This document shows positions 10,723 through 23,000 of a DNA stretch of 34,526 nt, piece by piece. The translations under genes were made by a program, and so were the position numbers. Source of the DNA: Macrostomum lignano (Eukaryota); contig NIVC01000998.1 of NCBI GenBank assembly GCA_002269645.1, forward strand, positions 1 through 34,526. The letters are read 5' to 3'. The notes under the pieces are model-generated. The model had not been told where the DNA came from. It ran no database searches and saw nothing but the letters and a program-made list of their open reading frames with translations. Each line of letters starts with the position of its first letter. The stretch's first letter is position 1.

Positions 10723-11044
10723 CTGATCATTGTAATCAGATGGTCCATCGTCTTCATTATCCAACGCATTGTCGGCATCCTCAGACGTTGTCACCTCAAT
10801 CCCGCTATTGCTCATACTTGAGTTGGCATTCTCACCGTCGCCATTTTGTTCGTTGCGTCGACGCCGACGTCGACGTCGGCCAGGATCTTCGTCGTAGTCC
10901 TCGTCGGCCGACAGGATGGCGCTAACTTCAACCATGGCGTCCAGCGGCTCGACTGTGGACTTGCGACGCTTAACAGTTGGCAAATTGGCATCGTCGGGCT
11001 CATGAATCAGCAGCACTAGGAGGCCGTTGTCAAGCAGGATGCGC
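10723..11044 (-). CDS. NRDC: Nardilysin first visible exon: (R)RILLDNGLLVLLIHEP + start of the acidic insertion; 5' boundary uncertain (could extend to ATG at 11097)
   Basis: Matches IDE/NRDC 'YR...L.NG...LLIS[DE]P'; donor CAG|GTAATT in phase 0. An acidic insertion before the SAAA motif points to nardilysin rather than IDE. Confidence 0.8.
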
Positions 11045-12184
11045 CTGGCATGGTTTGGCAAGTGAATTTGAAACTTTCCTACTATGTGCACATACATGTG
11101 CCATGCCAGTGAAATTTATACATTTTTACATGGACAAATGAAGTAGGACACTATAATACATTTTCTTAGAAATGAACTAAAGGCTGGTAAGGAACAGATA
11201 TTTATTATATTTCGAGTACATTTAATATACTCTAGAGAATTCATAGTGTTAAATAGGCTTTAGCAATAGAAAATTTGGTAAATCCTATATACTAAAAATA
11301 AAAATCTAATTCCAATCCAATCAGGATACAATGCGCCTTCTATCCCTCTGCTTAACATCATATCTTCACTAGAGCAACAGTTACTCATAAAAATCTTGAA
11401 CACAATTGTATTCAGTTATGAGAAAAATATTACTAGAGTAAAAATAGTATCTATAGCAATGTCATAGAACTCAAAGGACATAATAGCAAGTGCCTTATAG
11501 GAAGAATTTGTAATTCTATATATAAAAGATTATATATAAATATACTAAGGTAGAATCTAGAAAGCATTGTATCTACTATGTCAATGCCTTTCAAAACTTT
11601 GCTAACATTATTATCACTTGCTTTGGCAGCAACCTTGATTTAAGATTTGAAGTATATATTGCAAAGTATAAGATATATATTCTTAGATATTTCCAAAGCA
11701 TTAAAGGTGCTTGATATTTTCATTTAAAGAAAGATATCTTTAAAGTAAACCTATAGTATATAGCCTAAAATTTTTTATGCATATAATGCATAGTATAGAA
11801 ATTCTATAATTTTAGTATAGAATTTTTTAGGCTTTATAGACAGGTTCCTGGACACTTTGTCATCTAACCACCTTGTCATCTCGATGACAAAGTGACCATG
11901 GTTTTTGGATGCTTTGTCATATGAGCTATCAAAAAAATGTTAGTAAATCTAGATGACAAAGTGACTAAATTTTGAGGACACTTCGTCATCCCAAGATTTA
12001 GCAAGGCTGTAAATTGTTATTCGATTGTTATTGTTTTAAATTGTTACTCAATCAATTTAGTCTGTAAAATATAGGATTAAATACATGCTTAGAGATTCAA
12101 CTTGTCGCTATAATTGGCATCCAATGTAAACAATGTATACGCAGTTTGCATATGCACGCTTTAATGTAAGAGCACTAGTATCTA

Positions 12185-13176
12185 TGAGGGGTGTCCAAAA
12201 AGTAGTGATACTTTTAACTGTAGCTCTCGTTTTATAGCTTCCTGAGATTTAAAATTTTATGAACTGATAGCGGCAAATCTCTTCTACAGACTGCTTTTTG
12301 AATTTTTAAAATTGATACCAGAGAACAAAATTTATACCCATGAAAGTAACAGTACCTGTACCATAAAGCTACACAAACTATATCGAAATTTATAATAGTC
12401 AACTTCTGCACTCATTTATTAAGAAGGCAATGATAAATGTCTTGTTTAAGCAATATTACAGCCCAATTGCAAAATGATGCTCACTGTGACTGACTGAAAT
12501 TTGTCTATGGACGGGATCATGTGCAGAAAAATAAAGCATTAAATTCATTACTTTACTTGCAAACAGAGGAGCTTGCATTTTGCGATTTGTTCATGATTTC
12601 ATTGCCCATACTCGACAACACACATGGATGTGCACTCAGTTGTTGCTTAGCAAAGTACGATCTTCACTCTTTGGGGCGCTGGTCATAGTGCCTCAGCAAT
12701 TCACGCAAAACTTTGCTCTGCGCATGGATCCTCTGCAGTCAGCAAAATGACAGTTTATCGATGGATGGAGCAGTTCAGCAAGGGAAGGAGTGACTTGGCA
12801 GATGAGCATTGGACAGGGCATAGATACGTTCATCGATCTGATGTACTGGTGGATTCCATTCTGAATCTTCTTGACAAGGACTCCCGAATGACCATTAGAG
12901 AGATTGCTAACAGGTTGAACAAGCCAAAATCAACAATTCATCGAAGCTTACTTGGCATGGATCTCGTGAAGCTTAGCCTATAATTTGTGTAACTCTATGG
13001 TACATATACTGTTACTTTCATGGGTATAAGTTTTGTTCTCTGGTATCAATTTTAAAAATTCAAAAAGTAGTCTGTAGAAGAGATTTGCTGCTATCAGTTC
13101 ATAAAATTTTAAATCACAGGAAGCTATAAAACGAGAGCTACAGTTAAAAGTATCACTACTTTTTGGACACCCCTCA
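12185..13176 (+). mobile_element. Non-autonomous mariner derivative nested in the MULE, ~198-bp TIRs, flanked by TA
   Basis: TA|TGAGGGGTGTCCAAAAAGT...ACTTTTTGGACACCCCTCA|TA; arms 12185-12382 and 12979-13176. Confidence 0.87.
12624..12980 (+). pseudogene. Mariner transposase N-terminal HTH remnant
   Basis: GHSASAIH..L...G..AVS..TVYRW...F..G..DL.DE...G...D.RMTIREIA..L..PKSTIHR; in-frame stop; truncated before the WVP motif. Confidence 0.85.
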
Positions 13177-13312
13177 TAGATACTAGTGCTCATTGTAATT
13201 TTATTCATGTTCAAACTTGCCAAGCACTAATAATTATTTTTGCTTCCTTGCTAAAGCCTAAAATTGGCATTATCACTTCTACAACCCAGGGGAGGCAACA
13301 AAGTATGTGGCC

Positions 13313-13512
13313 ATGGATTTCTCCTTGCTCCACCTGCAGGGACTTAACCAACCCTTGAATCACAACCCCATACAATCTGAGCTAGAGTGATGTTACATAA
13401 TGGATTTCTCCTTGCTCCATCTTCAGGGACTTAACCAACCCTTGAATCACAACTCCATACAATCTGAGCTAGAGTGATGTTACGTAATGGATTTCTCCTT
13501 GCTCCACCTTAA
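13313..13512 (+). repeat. 87-bp tandem duplication (2 full units + 1 partial) in the MULE transposase
   Basis: Units start at 13313, 13400 and 13487. Confidence 0.9.
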
Positions 13513-13593
13513 GGAACAGATATTTATCATATTTCGAGTACATTTAATATGCTCTAGAGAATTCATAGTGTTAAATTGAAATTAAAAGTGTTT

Positions 13594-14520
13594 AGGGACT
13601 TAACCAATGGCACATTGTCATGTACACGAATGACCAAGCAACACTCCTATCATCCCGCAGCCTATGGTTAATAGACGGCACATTCGACATAGTGCATCTA
13701 CCATTCAAACAGCTATATTCGATCCATTGTTATTTGCACCAAGGCACTACTTTGAAGAACATTCTGCTTACATTTGCTTTGACGTCAGGGAAGTCTTGCA
13801 TGATTATAATTCTATCTTTAATTTACTTAAGAATATAATTGGAGGCCAGACAGGTCCTTAGTCATGCGTGCTTGATTTTGAAGCTGCTGTCTAGCAGTCA
13901 CTGCACTGTTTTTCCTTGTGCTAAATTGCAAGGCTGCCTATTCCACTACTCCCCAAGCAATTTTTCGTCTTATACAGCACATGGGCCTCTAGCAAGCCTA
14001 TCTCGAGGACCCTGGCATGCAAAAATTCTGCCACTTGCTGATGGCGCTGCCTTATCTGCCAGGCAAACACATGGCTGATAGGCTTGCCCAGGTTATTGCT
14101 GGTGTTCAGTCTCCAGAACTACTTGACCTTGCCAAGTACGCCACCAGCACCTGGCTGGATAGCCTGGTGCATAGTGTCCAAGAGATAAGCATGTTTGTCC
14201 AGTCAATTCAAACTAACAACGAGTGCAAAGGCTGGCACTGGCAACTGAAGCAGCGGGCAAAGCACACCCAGCTGACTCTGTATCCGCTAATGGAGTTGCT
14301 GCACAAGGAAGCCGAGCTTGTGCTAGTTTATGCCTCCCTGGTGCACAAGCAAGGAGCCCAAGAGCATCAATGCAATTTGCATTACTAGCAGCTGCAGGAG
14401 TCTGCAGAGCGCAACTGGGCTAAATATTGAGCTGGCAAACTCTCCATCCATAGCTTCCTCCTTAGCTGCTCTCACCTGGGTCACATCCCTCAGTTCAATG
14501 GTCAAGTGCAAGGCCATCAA
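13594..14520 (+). pseudogene. MULE transposase remnant with frameshifts
   Basis: WLIDGTF...PFKQLYSIH, FAL.SGK, [L]DFEAA (alternative frame), FP...LQGCLFHY and TNNECKGWH are MULE DDE-domain motifs. Confidence 0.88.
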
Positions 14521-16337
14521 TGACTTAATGAGTATATATTAAAAGTACATAAGTTCTTGCTTGATTTTTAAAATCAGCCATGGAATTATTCTATTTGGAA
14601 AAATCATACTTGCAAATTGTGCAACTTTGAAATTTTACTCAGCTATATTTTTTGCATAATACTAGCTGGTACTATTAATTCTGCAGTAATTTAAATTTAT
14701 AGGTCTTAATGCTCTTTGTGCTTTGTGAACTTTGTGATCTTTGTGCCTATATGTAGCTACAAATTATGGTATTTAACAACTATCTTTGTGGGTCGTAACT
14801 CTGCCATTATTTAGTCCATCATAATGTAAAAGGAGGAGGGCAACTATATGTAGATACATTTACATGTATAATGTATAATCTTTATCTTTATATATGTAGT
14901 TGCATGTACAAGTATATATGTTACATATAACAAAGTTTTCAAAGTTTTTCATACAGAAAGTGGATGACAAAGTGTCCACATCCATAGTCAGGATCATGTC
15001 ATAGTATATGCCAGAATAAAAAGTAACCTAAAAAAATCTATGCCACTTCATACTGAAACGTACGCCAAGGTCCTAGGAACTTACGTCAGGTTTTCTAGGC
15101 TTTGCGACAATAAATGACCTTTTTTTGCGTGTTACACTTTTTAACAATAAAAATTTAACAAATGTGTGGTTTTCATTAAAAGTAAATTGGCTTACAGATA
15201 ATGCCAACAAAAATCAATTTCTAGTTTGTTTTTTTTACAAAATTAACATGATTAGTTTGCGTGGAATTTTAAATTTTTATAAATCACAAGTAGTTATGAA
15301 TTTTCATCTTACAAGTTTTACGGTTTTTATGATTTTATAATAAGATTCTAAGGTTATGGCGTTATGCTAACAATTGTTAATATTAACTTTGGCATGAAGG
15401 TTGGAGTTGGCATACGCTGCTTGGCGTATTTACGCCACGGGGTCATGCCAAAAGGTACGCCAAATATATTTTGCCTCATTTTTTATGCCAATTGTAAAAC
15501 AAAAAAAAAGTTAAATTTTCAATTGTACACCAGAAATTTCAGGCATAAAGTATATCATCCTGACTATGGGTCCATATTAGTAATATGGATGATGAAGTGG
15601 TAAGATGATGAAGTGTCCAACAATAAGAGTGGATGACAAAGTGTCCAGGAACTATATAGACATAGCATAGGTTTACTTTAAAGGTAAAAGAAAATATGAG
15701 CTTTTTTGAGCTTTAATTATACATCAAAATTATATAGATTATAGATATAATCTTTAAGGTAAAAGCCCATATAGCACTAAAACAACTATGAAATTTTCTG
15801 AGCCTTCAGATTTTTAAGTGTCTTAAGACCAGCTTATATAACTACTAGAAAAGCAAAAAGTATAACCTGTACTTTAATTTGATTGTCTTAAATTTTAAAT
15901 TAAATCAAAGCTAGTAAAATCCATGCCTATATTATAAGATATATGATAGCACAAATGGCACTGCTGTATTTATATATTATTTATGCAAACTTTTAATATA
16001 GCGACTTTGCTATTTCCAGTGTCACAACCAGAAAATTAATGAAAGGGCATATCCTAAGACAGAAGTGGGATAAAGACTGAAAGGGGCAGAGGGGCAAAAC
16101 TTGCATTTTGGCAAAATTTTACTTGGAACCCCTTGAAATTTTTTCTGGGTCTCCATCAAATGTGGGCGGAAACAATTTTTTTATCATTTACTCCAGACTT
16201 CGAGACTTGTCACTTGACTTGGGAAGGTTGCTAAACAGTAAATCAAGATCACCTCACCTGTATTTCTTCTTATCAGATTCACTGATGATAAACTCTCCTT
16301 GACGCAAAAAATCATAATTTTCTACTATTTGCATTAA

Positions 16338-16823
16338 AATCTTTAGCAGCTGGCAGATCCCAAAAAGATCGTCTATGCTAACGGCCTATACTGTGGGTTA
16401 AACTTTTTCTTCGAAAATTCGACGAAAAAAGATATATTCAAAATAGTTTAAAAAATACATGGAAGCCTAATTATAACAATAATTTTTACATTTTAATACG
16501 CTTAAACCTCATCAACAAAGTTTAGTCGTGCTTCTGGGTATATCTTCTGGACAAAATATATAAGTTTAGACGTATTTAATAATCTTTAGCAGCTGGCAGA
16601 TCCCAAAAAGATCGTCTATGCTAACGGCCTATACTGTGGGTTAAACTTTTTCTTCGAAAATTCGACGAAAAAAGATATATTCAAAATAGTTTAAAAAATA
16701 CATGGAAGCCTAATTATAACAATAATTTTTACATTTTAATACGCTTAAACCTCATCAACAAAGTTTAGTCGTGCTTCTGGGTATATCTTCTGGACAAAAT
16801 ATATAAGTTTAGACGTATTTAAT
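16338..16823. repeat. Apparently exact 243-bp tandem duplication
   Basis: 16338-16580 is repeated at 16581-16823. Confidence 0.92.
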
Positions 16824-17646
16824 AAGTATAGGGCCTAAGCAAAAAGTAAATTTGATTCCCCTGCCTCTGGATCCGAGCTCGTTCTCTAGCTGCCCGCCTT
16901 TAATCACTTTGAACAGTTTTAGCTAGGCCCATTGGTCGCGTAATTTGATGGCATTATTTGATGGCAGTGTGAACTGTGAACAAGCCTTTACTCCACCTTG
17001 TGTTATTGATCGTAGCCATATGCCTATGTATCAATATCAATATGATTATTCCTACGGTAATTCTACAGAAATTATTCCTACGGTACCGTGGGGATAAGCA
17101 CTGCCATATATAAATTATGGTCTATCTTCCAAATCTTCATCTGTTAGGCTAATGTATTTCTAAATAAATATTCCAGAACTTTTAATGAGATTTAGTTCTA
17201 TTTAATATATGGCCTACTTGACTTGACTTAGTAAAGTCAAAGTCAAAGTATAAATGTTTGCCTATTTATTAGTATTATTAGTATAGTAGGCCACCTAGGG
17301 TAGGCTGCTTATCAATGCTCATGTCTCATCATGTGCAAACCAATTAATTAATAGAATCATAGGGCCTTAGTTAGACCTTACTAGATCCTTAACTAGATCC
17401 TTAATTAGTTAGATCCTTAACTATGAATGATAGTTAGAGCAGAAATTTTGGAATAGGCCCTAATGTTGCATTATTTTATAACAGTATCCTTGGCAATCAA
17501 TGCACTTGCCATTGGCATTGGTTGTGTAGCACCCAGATGCCATTGGCATTGGTAGCCTATAGAACTCAGCCAGTTGGTCCTCTAGCCACTAGTTGGCAAA
17601 GGTGATAACCTCTTTGTTAGACTTAAAATGATACCTACAAAATGGC

Positions 17647-18617
17647 GGCATTCCTTCGGTTTACGATCATTTTTCCACCCACATTTCAGTTCACGATCCC
17701 CATGTAATTTTTCATATAAATGATCATAGCTTGCTTGAAATAAACAAAAATTGTTAAACTGAGCTTATTCGTTACATTAGAAAAAACTAAACGGAATAGC
17801 CAACAAATGGTTTCTTTCATGGCATGGCGATGACGAGGATCCTATATATCCACTTTGGTTTACGATCATTTAAATAAAAGAGATACATGTAAATGATCGT
17901 GAACCGAAGCTAGCGTATGTGTGTAACGGGGTTTTGGTGTTTTACAAGCTCTATCTGAAATCAATCACTATCTCAATACATGGCTAGCTTCGGTTCACGA
18001 TCATTTACATGTATTTCTTCCATTTAAATGATCGTGTACCGAAGCTGAGGGGGGTGTCGAAGACATATGTAGTCATATATTTATTTGGTGGCTTGTTGGC
18101 GATTGAAATGTCATCTTGAGTTAATGTGCGCTCCCAAGTAACTTGATGCTTTATTATTCTCTGCACGCTGCCACCCCCCTCAGCTTCGGTTTACAATCAT
18201 TTAGATGTAAGCAATACATATAAATGATCGTGAACTGAAGCTAGCCATGTATTGAGATAGTGATCGATTTCAGATAGAGCTTGTAAAACACCAAAACCCC
18301 CTTACACACATACGCTAGCTTCGGTTCACGATCATTTACATGTATCTTTTCCATTTAAATGATCGTAAACCAAAGTGGATATATAGGATCATCTTTGGAT
18401 TCTTGGAACTGTGAAATGGATCACTATAACCCCTTTGCCTTCTTTTTTTCATTTGAACATGCAGCTAGTGTTATGATGGATAAATAAAAAGGATTGGAGT
18501 GCTTGTCTACACTGTTTTTTTTTGCATTTTGATGAAATAAACAACAATTTTGTATCTTCCCTATCTTTCCAATGGGGATCGTCACTAATTTCAATGATCG
18601 TAAATTGAAGGAATGCC
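17647..18617. mobile_element. Nested foldback element: inner 219-bp arms 17838-18056 and 18172-18390, plus outer arms
   Basis: Reverse-complement match of the arms; built from the motif agcttcggttcacgatcattta in alternating orientation. Confidence 0.75.
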
Positions 18618-18857
18618 AAAGTGGCCACTTGAGCCAAGCCTTAATAGAATAAATAGAAATTAGGTGCTAGTACCAAGTCTAATAAATAGGCTAGATCTTG
18701 ATAAGAAAAAATTTCGAATATTTTGTAAGTCTAGCCATTTTATCTAGACTAGACTATATATTGTTCATATCTTATAAGCTTGCTAAAATTAAAATATAGG
18801 CCTATCTTTATAAATAATATTAAAAAAGAATAGTATATAAAAGTAATTGAACTATAA

Positions 18858-19165
18858 CCCGCATAGCAAAATTATGTATCCAATAAAAAGTGGGACATCT
18901 CCAATATGCAACTTTTTTGGTTATAGGAATATCCTTGATATGAATCCAATTTTTTATGATCCTTTAAAAAAGCTTGTTTCTACAAAAATGGTGAACAGAT
19001 AATGCTTGTAATTTTGTTGATTATTTATTCCACCATTTTTGTAAAAACAAGCTTTTTTAGAGGATCATAAAAATTGGAAATGTATCGAGGATGTTCCAGC
19101 AACCAAAAAAGTTATATATCAGAGACATCCTACTTTTTATTGGATACATAATTTTGCTATGCGGG
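18858..19165. mobile_element. 308-bp MITE-like foldback flanked by TAA direct repeats
   Basis: TAA|CCCGCATAGCAAAATTATGTATCC...GGATACATAATTTTGCTATGCGGG|TAA; the arms pair almost to the centre. Confidence 0.8.
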
Positions 19166-19344
19166 TAATAGGCCTATGGAGCACCTAAAATATAAGGGAT
19201 ATACAATAAGTTTAGGATGCACAAAGTAGGAAGGTGATGTACTTATTTTGGCATAGTAAGTATTATTATTTCAAACAAATTTTTCTATAAAGATTATGCT
19301 GCATATACAAAAAGCTAATATACCCCTTGACATAGAATTCACAA

Positions 19345-19860
19345 TGGAGCTCAATAAAAGCCATTGTAGAGAAAATTATTTATTATGATTACAAAAGTGG
19401 TTTAAGGTAATAAAAGAGCTTTGAGGGACTTAAAATGGCTTTTGACAATGAAGCACTTCCTAGGACCATAGTTTTTGAATAGTTTGTTAAATTTTGATAT
19501 TGCCAATAGTCTAGATGATAAAGAGCATAGCAGCTGGCCTATCTCTATAGCAAGCAAAAAGAATATTGCTTTTATTTGGGCCATGATTGAGGATGATGCC
19601 AGGGTAACTGTGGCCCAAATAAAGGCAAAAATGGGCACTTCATTAGGAACTATCTGCGCAATATTGCATTCAAGGCTCAACCTGAGCAAGATTTCTATAT
19701 GATAGGTGCCTCATCACCTGATAGAAAGCAAATAAGACTCATATGGCTCTTTACCATGCTATGCTCAACAGATTTAATGGTAGCCACTCAAACTTAGTCT
19801 AGGAAATTGTCAGTGATGACATCCTAGATCTATAGTTTTAACCCATTGACTAAGCAATAC
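19345..19860 (+). pseudogene. Decayed mariner transposase (N-terminal half up to the first catalytic D region)
   Basis: MEL..., LKMAFDNEA.PRT.VFE, SLDD.E.S..P, MIEDDARVT..QI...G.S.G.I..ILH..L.L.KIS..VPH.L; multiple stops and frameshifts. Confidence 0.8.
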
Positions 19861-20005
19861 TTGACTATTGACCTAGTAGACACTAGTTAGAGGTGCTGTA
19901 CCATTGAAGCTGCAGTGAAAGTGCAGTATGTCAAAGCAAATGGTGGCCATTTTTGTAACAAGAGCTGGTCATATAGCAACCATGCAACTTGTGCAGTAGC
20001 ACATA

Positions 20006-23000
20006 CACGGTTAGGCTGGGCACTGATATTGGGGAAAAAATTGCCACAAGATGGCACCTATGTACCATTAAACTACTGCCTTTCTGTAGTTCAGAAAGCC
20101 CACTCATTAAAATTCATGTGCCTATCTTTGTGTACAATCTGTGTACAATTGCTCTCATTAATTGCTCTCGTTAATAAGACAAGCAGAAATTTTTAGCAAG
20201 TGACAGACTCAATGTATACTTGTACAAAAAAGAGTACAAGATTACAAGAAGTTTATTTAGGTTAATGTTTGTGTAGTATTATTGCTTGTTTTACTTGTTA
20301 ACTAGCTTGTAAGTTAGTAAGTTAAATAATTTTACGATTTCTAACATTACAAATTGTTTACATTTAAATACTCGGAAACAGCATGGGTTTTATAGAAAAA
20401 TTTCGAAATAACTATATTCTTTTTGTGTAGCAAGTTCCTCAAATATTAACCAGAACTACATGCATTTCTGCAATAATATTGCAAGGTACGCTCGTATTAG
20501 CATATAAAGTAGCAAAAGTATGAAAGCTTTCTACAGTACAGGAGCTTGCAAAAATTTTAGTATTTTAAATTTATAGGGTCCTTTGAATACTACTTTACTG
20601 TAAGACTAACAACCACTGCCATTTCTTTTACCGGTAAAGCAGAAAACCGAGTTACCGGGATTAAATGTGGTGGCTGTTGTAAGCAACCATGGCGCGCAAA
20701 AGATTTTGGCCAAACTCAGCATGGTGCGCTGGCAGGCTGTACCGTGACCACGTTTTGGCAAAATCAGAGTGAACACTCTCCACTGCTTGCTCGCTGCAGC
20801 TGCCAAGCGCTTGCCCTGTCCGCCGGCAGAACTCTCCAACATGGCAAAAGACAACGTGAACTTTTGGGGTGACAGGCAAGCTTAAGCTCATGTAGGCCAG
20901 TCGAAAATTCTCAATTGCCTCTTCAAAGTCTGCCGCCAATTCGGTTCCAAAGGCACTGCTGACCAGCCGATCGAACGCCATCAGACACGCCCCGTACGGC
21001 TGTAATGGTGGAGGCAGATCAGCGTGAAGCTGCGGTGATTTGCGGAGCAGCTGGCGGCAGGCGTTTACTTCCATCATGCCACCTCTGTAATCAGCTCGAA
21101 TAATGCCATGCTGATGAGCCCACTCGAACGCGCGATTCGCACCCCAAGCTTGGTTGAGCTTGTCCAGCAGTCGGTTGCTGACTCCAAGGAGCAGGTGCAG
21201 CTCAGGTGGCGGCAGAAGCATCAAAACTTCTTTGTCATCATCGCCTGGTAGCAGTGGCATGTTGACACAGTTTTTAAAGTTCTTTGCCTTTGCACAAACT
21301 TGGCCAGCTGCTTGAAACTGCTGAGCAAACTGCCGAATTCTCCCAAGAGTTCTTGGCACACCATTTTCTGTAAGAGGAGCCAGAGCTTCGCAATAGGGGC
21401 ACGGATGTGTACAGGAATGAGGTTGCAGTCCGCAGATGATGTTTGCAACTTTCATATCTGCAGTGACTGGGATTTGAAGTTCGTTGACAGCGATCGCCTC
21501 GAGCAGAGCCTGAATATTTCCGTAAGTCTCAGGAACGTCGTTGACGATCGCAAGCAACAGGATCTTCTTGACACCCGTGTCACAGAATTTCCTGCTGTTG
21601 GCTCCTTGAGTTCCGATTTCGGGTTTTGCGTTAGAGCCAATTATCGAAACGCAAACTTTAAAAAATCCGCCGCCACCATCGAGACCCAGCAGACAGTGAA
21701 AATCATTGAAACTGCATTGCTGAGCAACATGTGCAATGAGTTTGACCGAGTCGTTGCAGACAACAGTCGGGCGGCAAATAGTGTCGGCTGTTGCGGCAGT
21801 CGAGGTCAGCTCCGAGAACTGGAGATTCTGGATGTCGAAGTAATCCTCTAATGCTCGATTTTGCTGTACCAAAATTTTCTTCAAGTTTGACTCGACTGCA
21901 CGAGATGAGCTCGCGCCAGCACGAAGCACTTGAGCAGCCTGTAGCACTTGATTGTTGCTCAGATTCAGAGTTGTTTTCAAGTGCATCATAGTGTCCGTCC
22001 TCGTTGGAGGAAAGCTCGCACTGCTGTTTTGAGCAACATGCACAGCAACTCGAATCGGATGGCCGCCTCGATGTCTGGCCAGAGTGATCGAATTCGAATC
22101 CGCCGTCGACCCACCCGTCTTTTCGGCAATGCAGTTGCTGGCCAGCATCTCCCTTGTCCTTGGGCTGACTGTTTGCTCGATGTTAGTCACCTTAGCTGTC
22201 GAGTTGCATTTGTGCTGTTTGCCACGCCCAACTGGAGAATGACAGTATGAGCAGGAAAGCACAGCCGTTGCTCCTTCAGCTGGCGCTGGGGATCTTTCGC
22301 GTGGTCGACCAGGTGGGGCTCGAGCAGGACCTGTTGTGTAAGGCGTCTTTGGATCGCTGCCTTTGTGGTGATTGCCACGAGCCATTTCGCACAGTTGGCA
22401 GTTGCAATCCAGTCTGCTTCTGGTGGCTGGAGGCAGACTCTTCATGTCGGCTATTATCTTCTCGTAATCTGGTCGCGGTGGCAGAGCACGAGGCGTCAGA
22501 CTTCTTAGTGACGATAAAACGCGCCTGCAGCCCTGGCAAACTCCTTCAGGTAGAAAGTGCCGCACTGCCTCGTAGTCCTGGAACAAGTCGGCTGCCACGG
22601 ATTCGAAATTAGAGCAAGAAGAAATCAGCGCAGAAGCTCGTCTCAAGCAGAGCAGGCACAAACTTTGCCTGTTCTCGTTATGAGTTTTTTTTTGTCGTTG
22701 GCATTGTAGACAGTACAAGCTATGCAAACAGCTCTTTCAGTTCAGGCACTCGCTTGTTTTAGATCAAATAGAACTAGATCAAACCTTTATAAGTAAATTG
22801 AGCAGTATGATAACCAAGTTAACACACCTGGCAGAAATATTACAAAGCAATTATAGATAAGATACTACTGTGTTATTACTATTGATAAATTCCTCTTTAT
22901 GACTGCAATTATAAGGCATAAGCTACCTGTGGTGCAGCGTTTTATTGCTCAAGCAGATATGGGGCAATATTTACTCCCAAAGTCCTTTGTGGTCTATTCA

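Larger units (their letters stand above)
11843..15653 (+). mobile_element. Degenerate MULE (Mutator-like) DNA transposon, ~3.8 kb
   Basis: TIR GTTCCTGGACACTTTGTCATC at both ends; 9-bp TSD ttatagaca/atatagaca (8/9 match); several subterminal GATGACAAAGTG motifs. Confidence 0.85.

Noticed and set aside
20006-20045. RSS-like 12/23 signals in the TIRs (CACGGTT heptamer and an A6 tract 22 nt later)
   Set aside because: Both ends have the same spacing, so there is no 12/23 asymmetry, and the nonamer match is poor.
20130-20660. RAG2-like partner gene (ProtoRAG arrangement)
   Set aside because: Only about 530 bp of AT-rich sequence with no suitable ORF.
21221-22612. Overlapping ORFs within the transposase
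   Set aside because: Antisense or alternative-frame shadows with no recognisable motifs.
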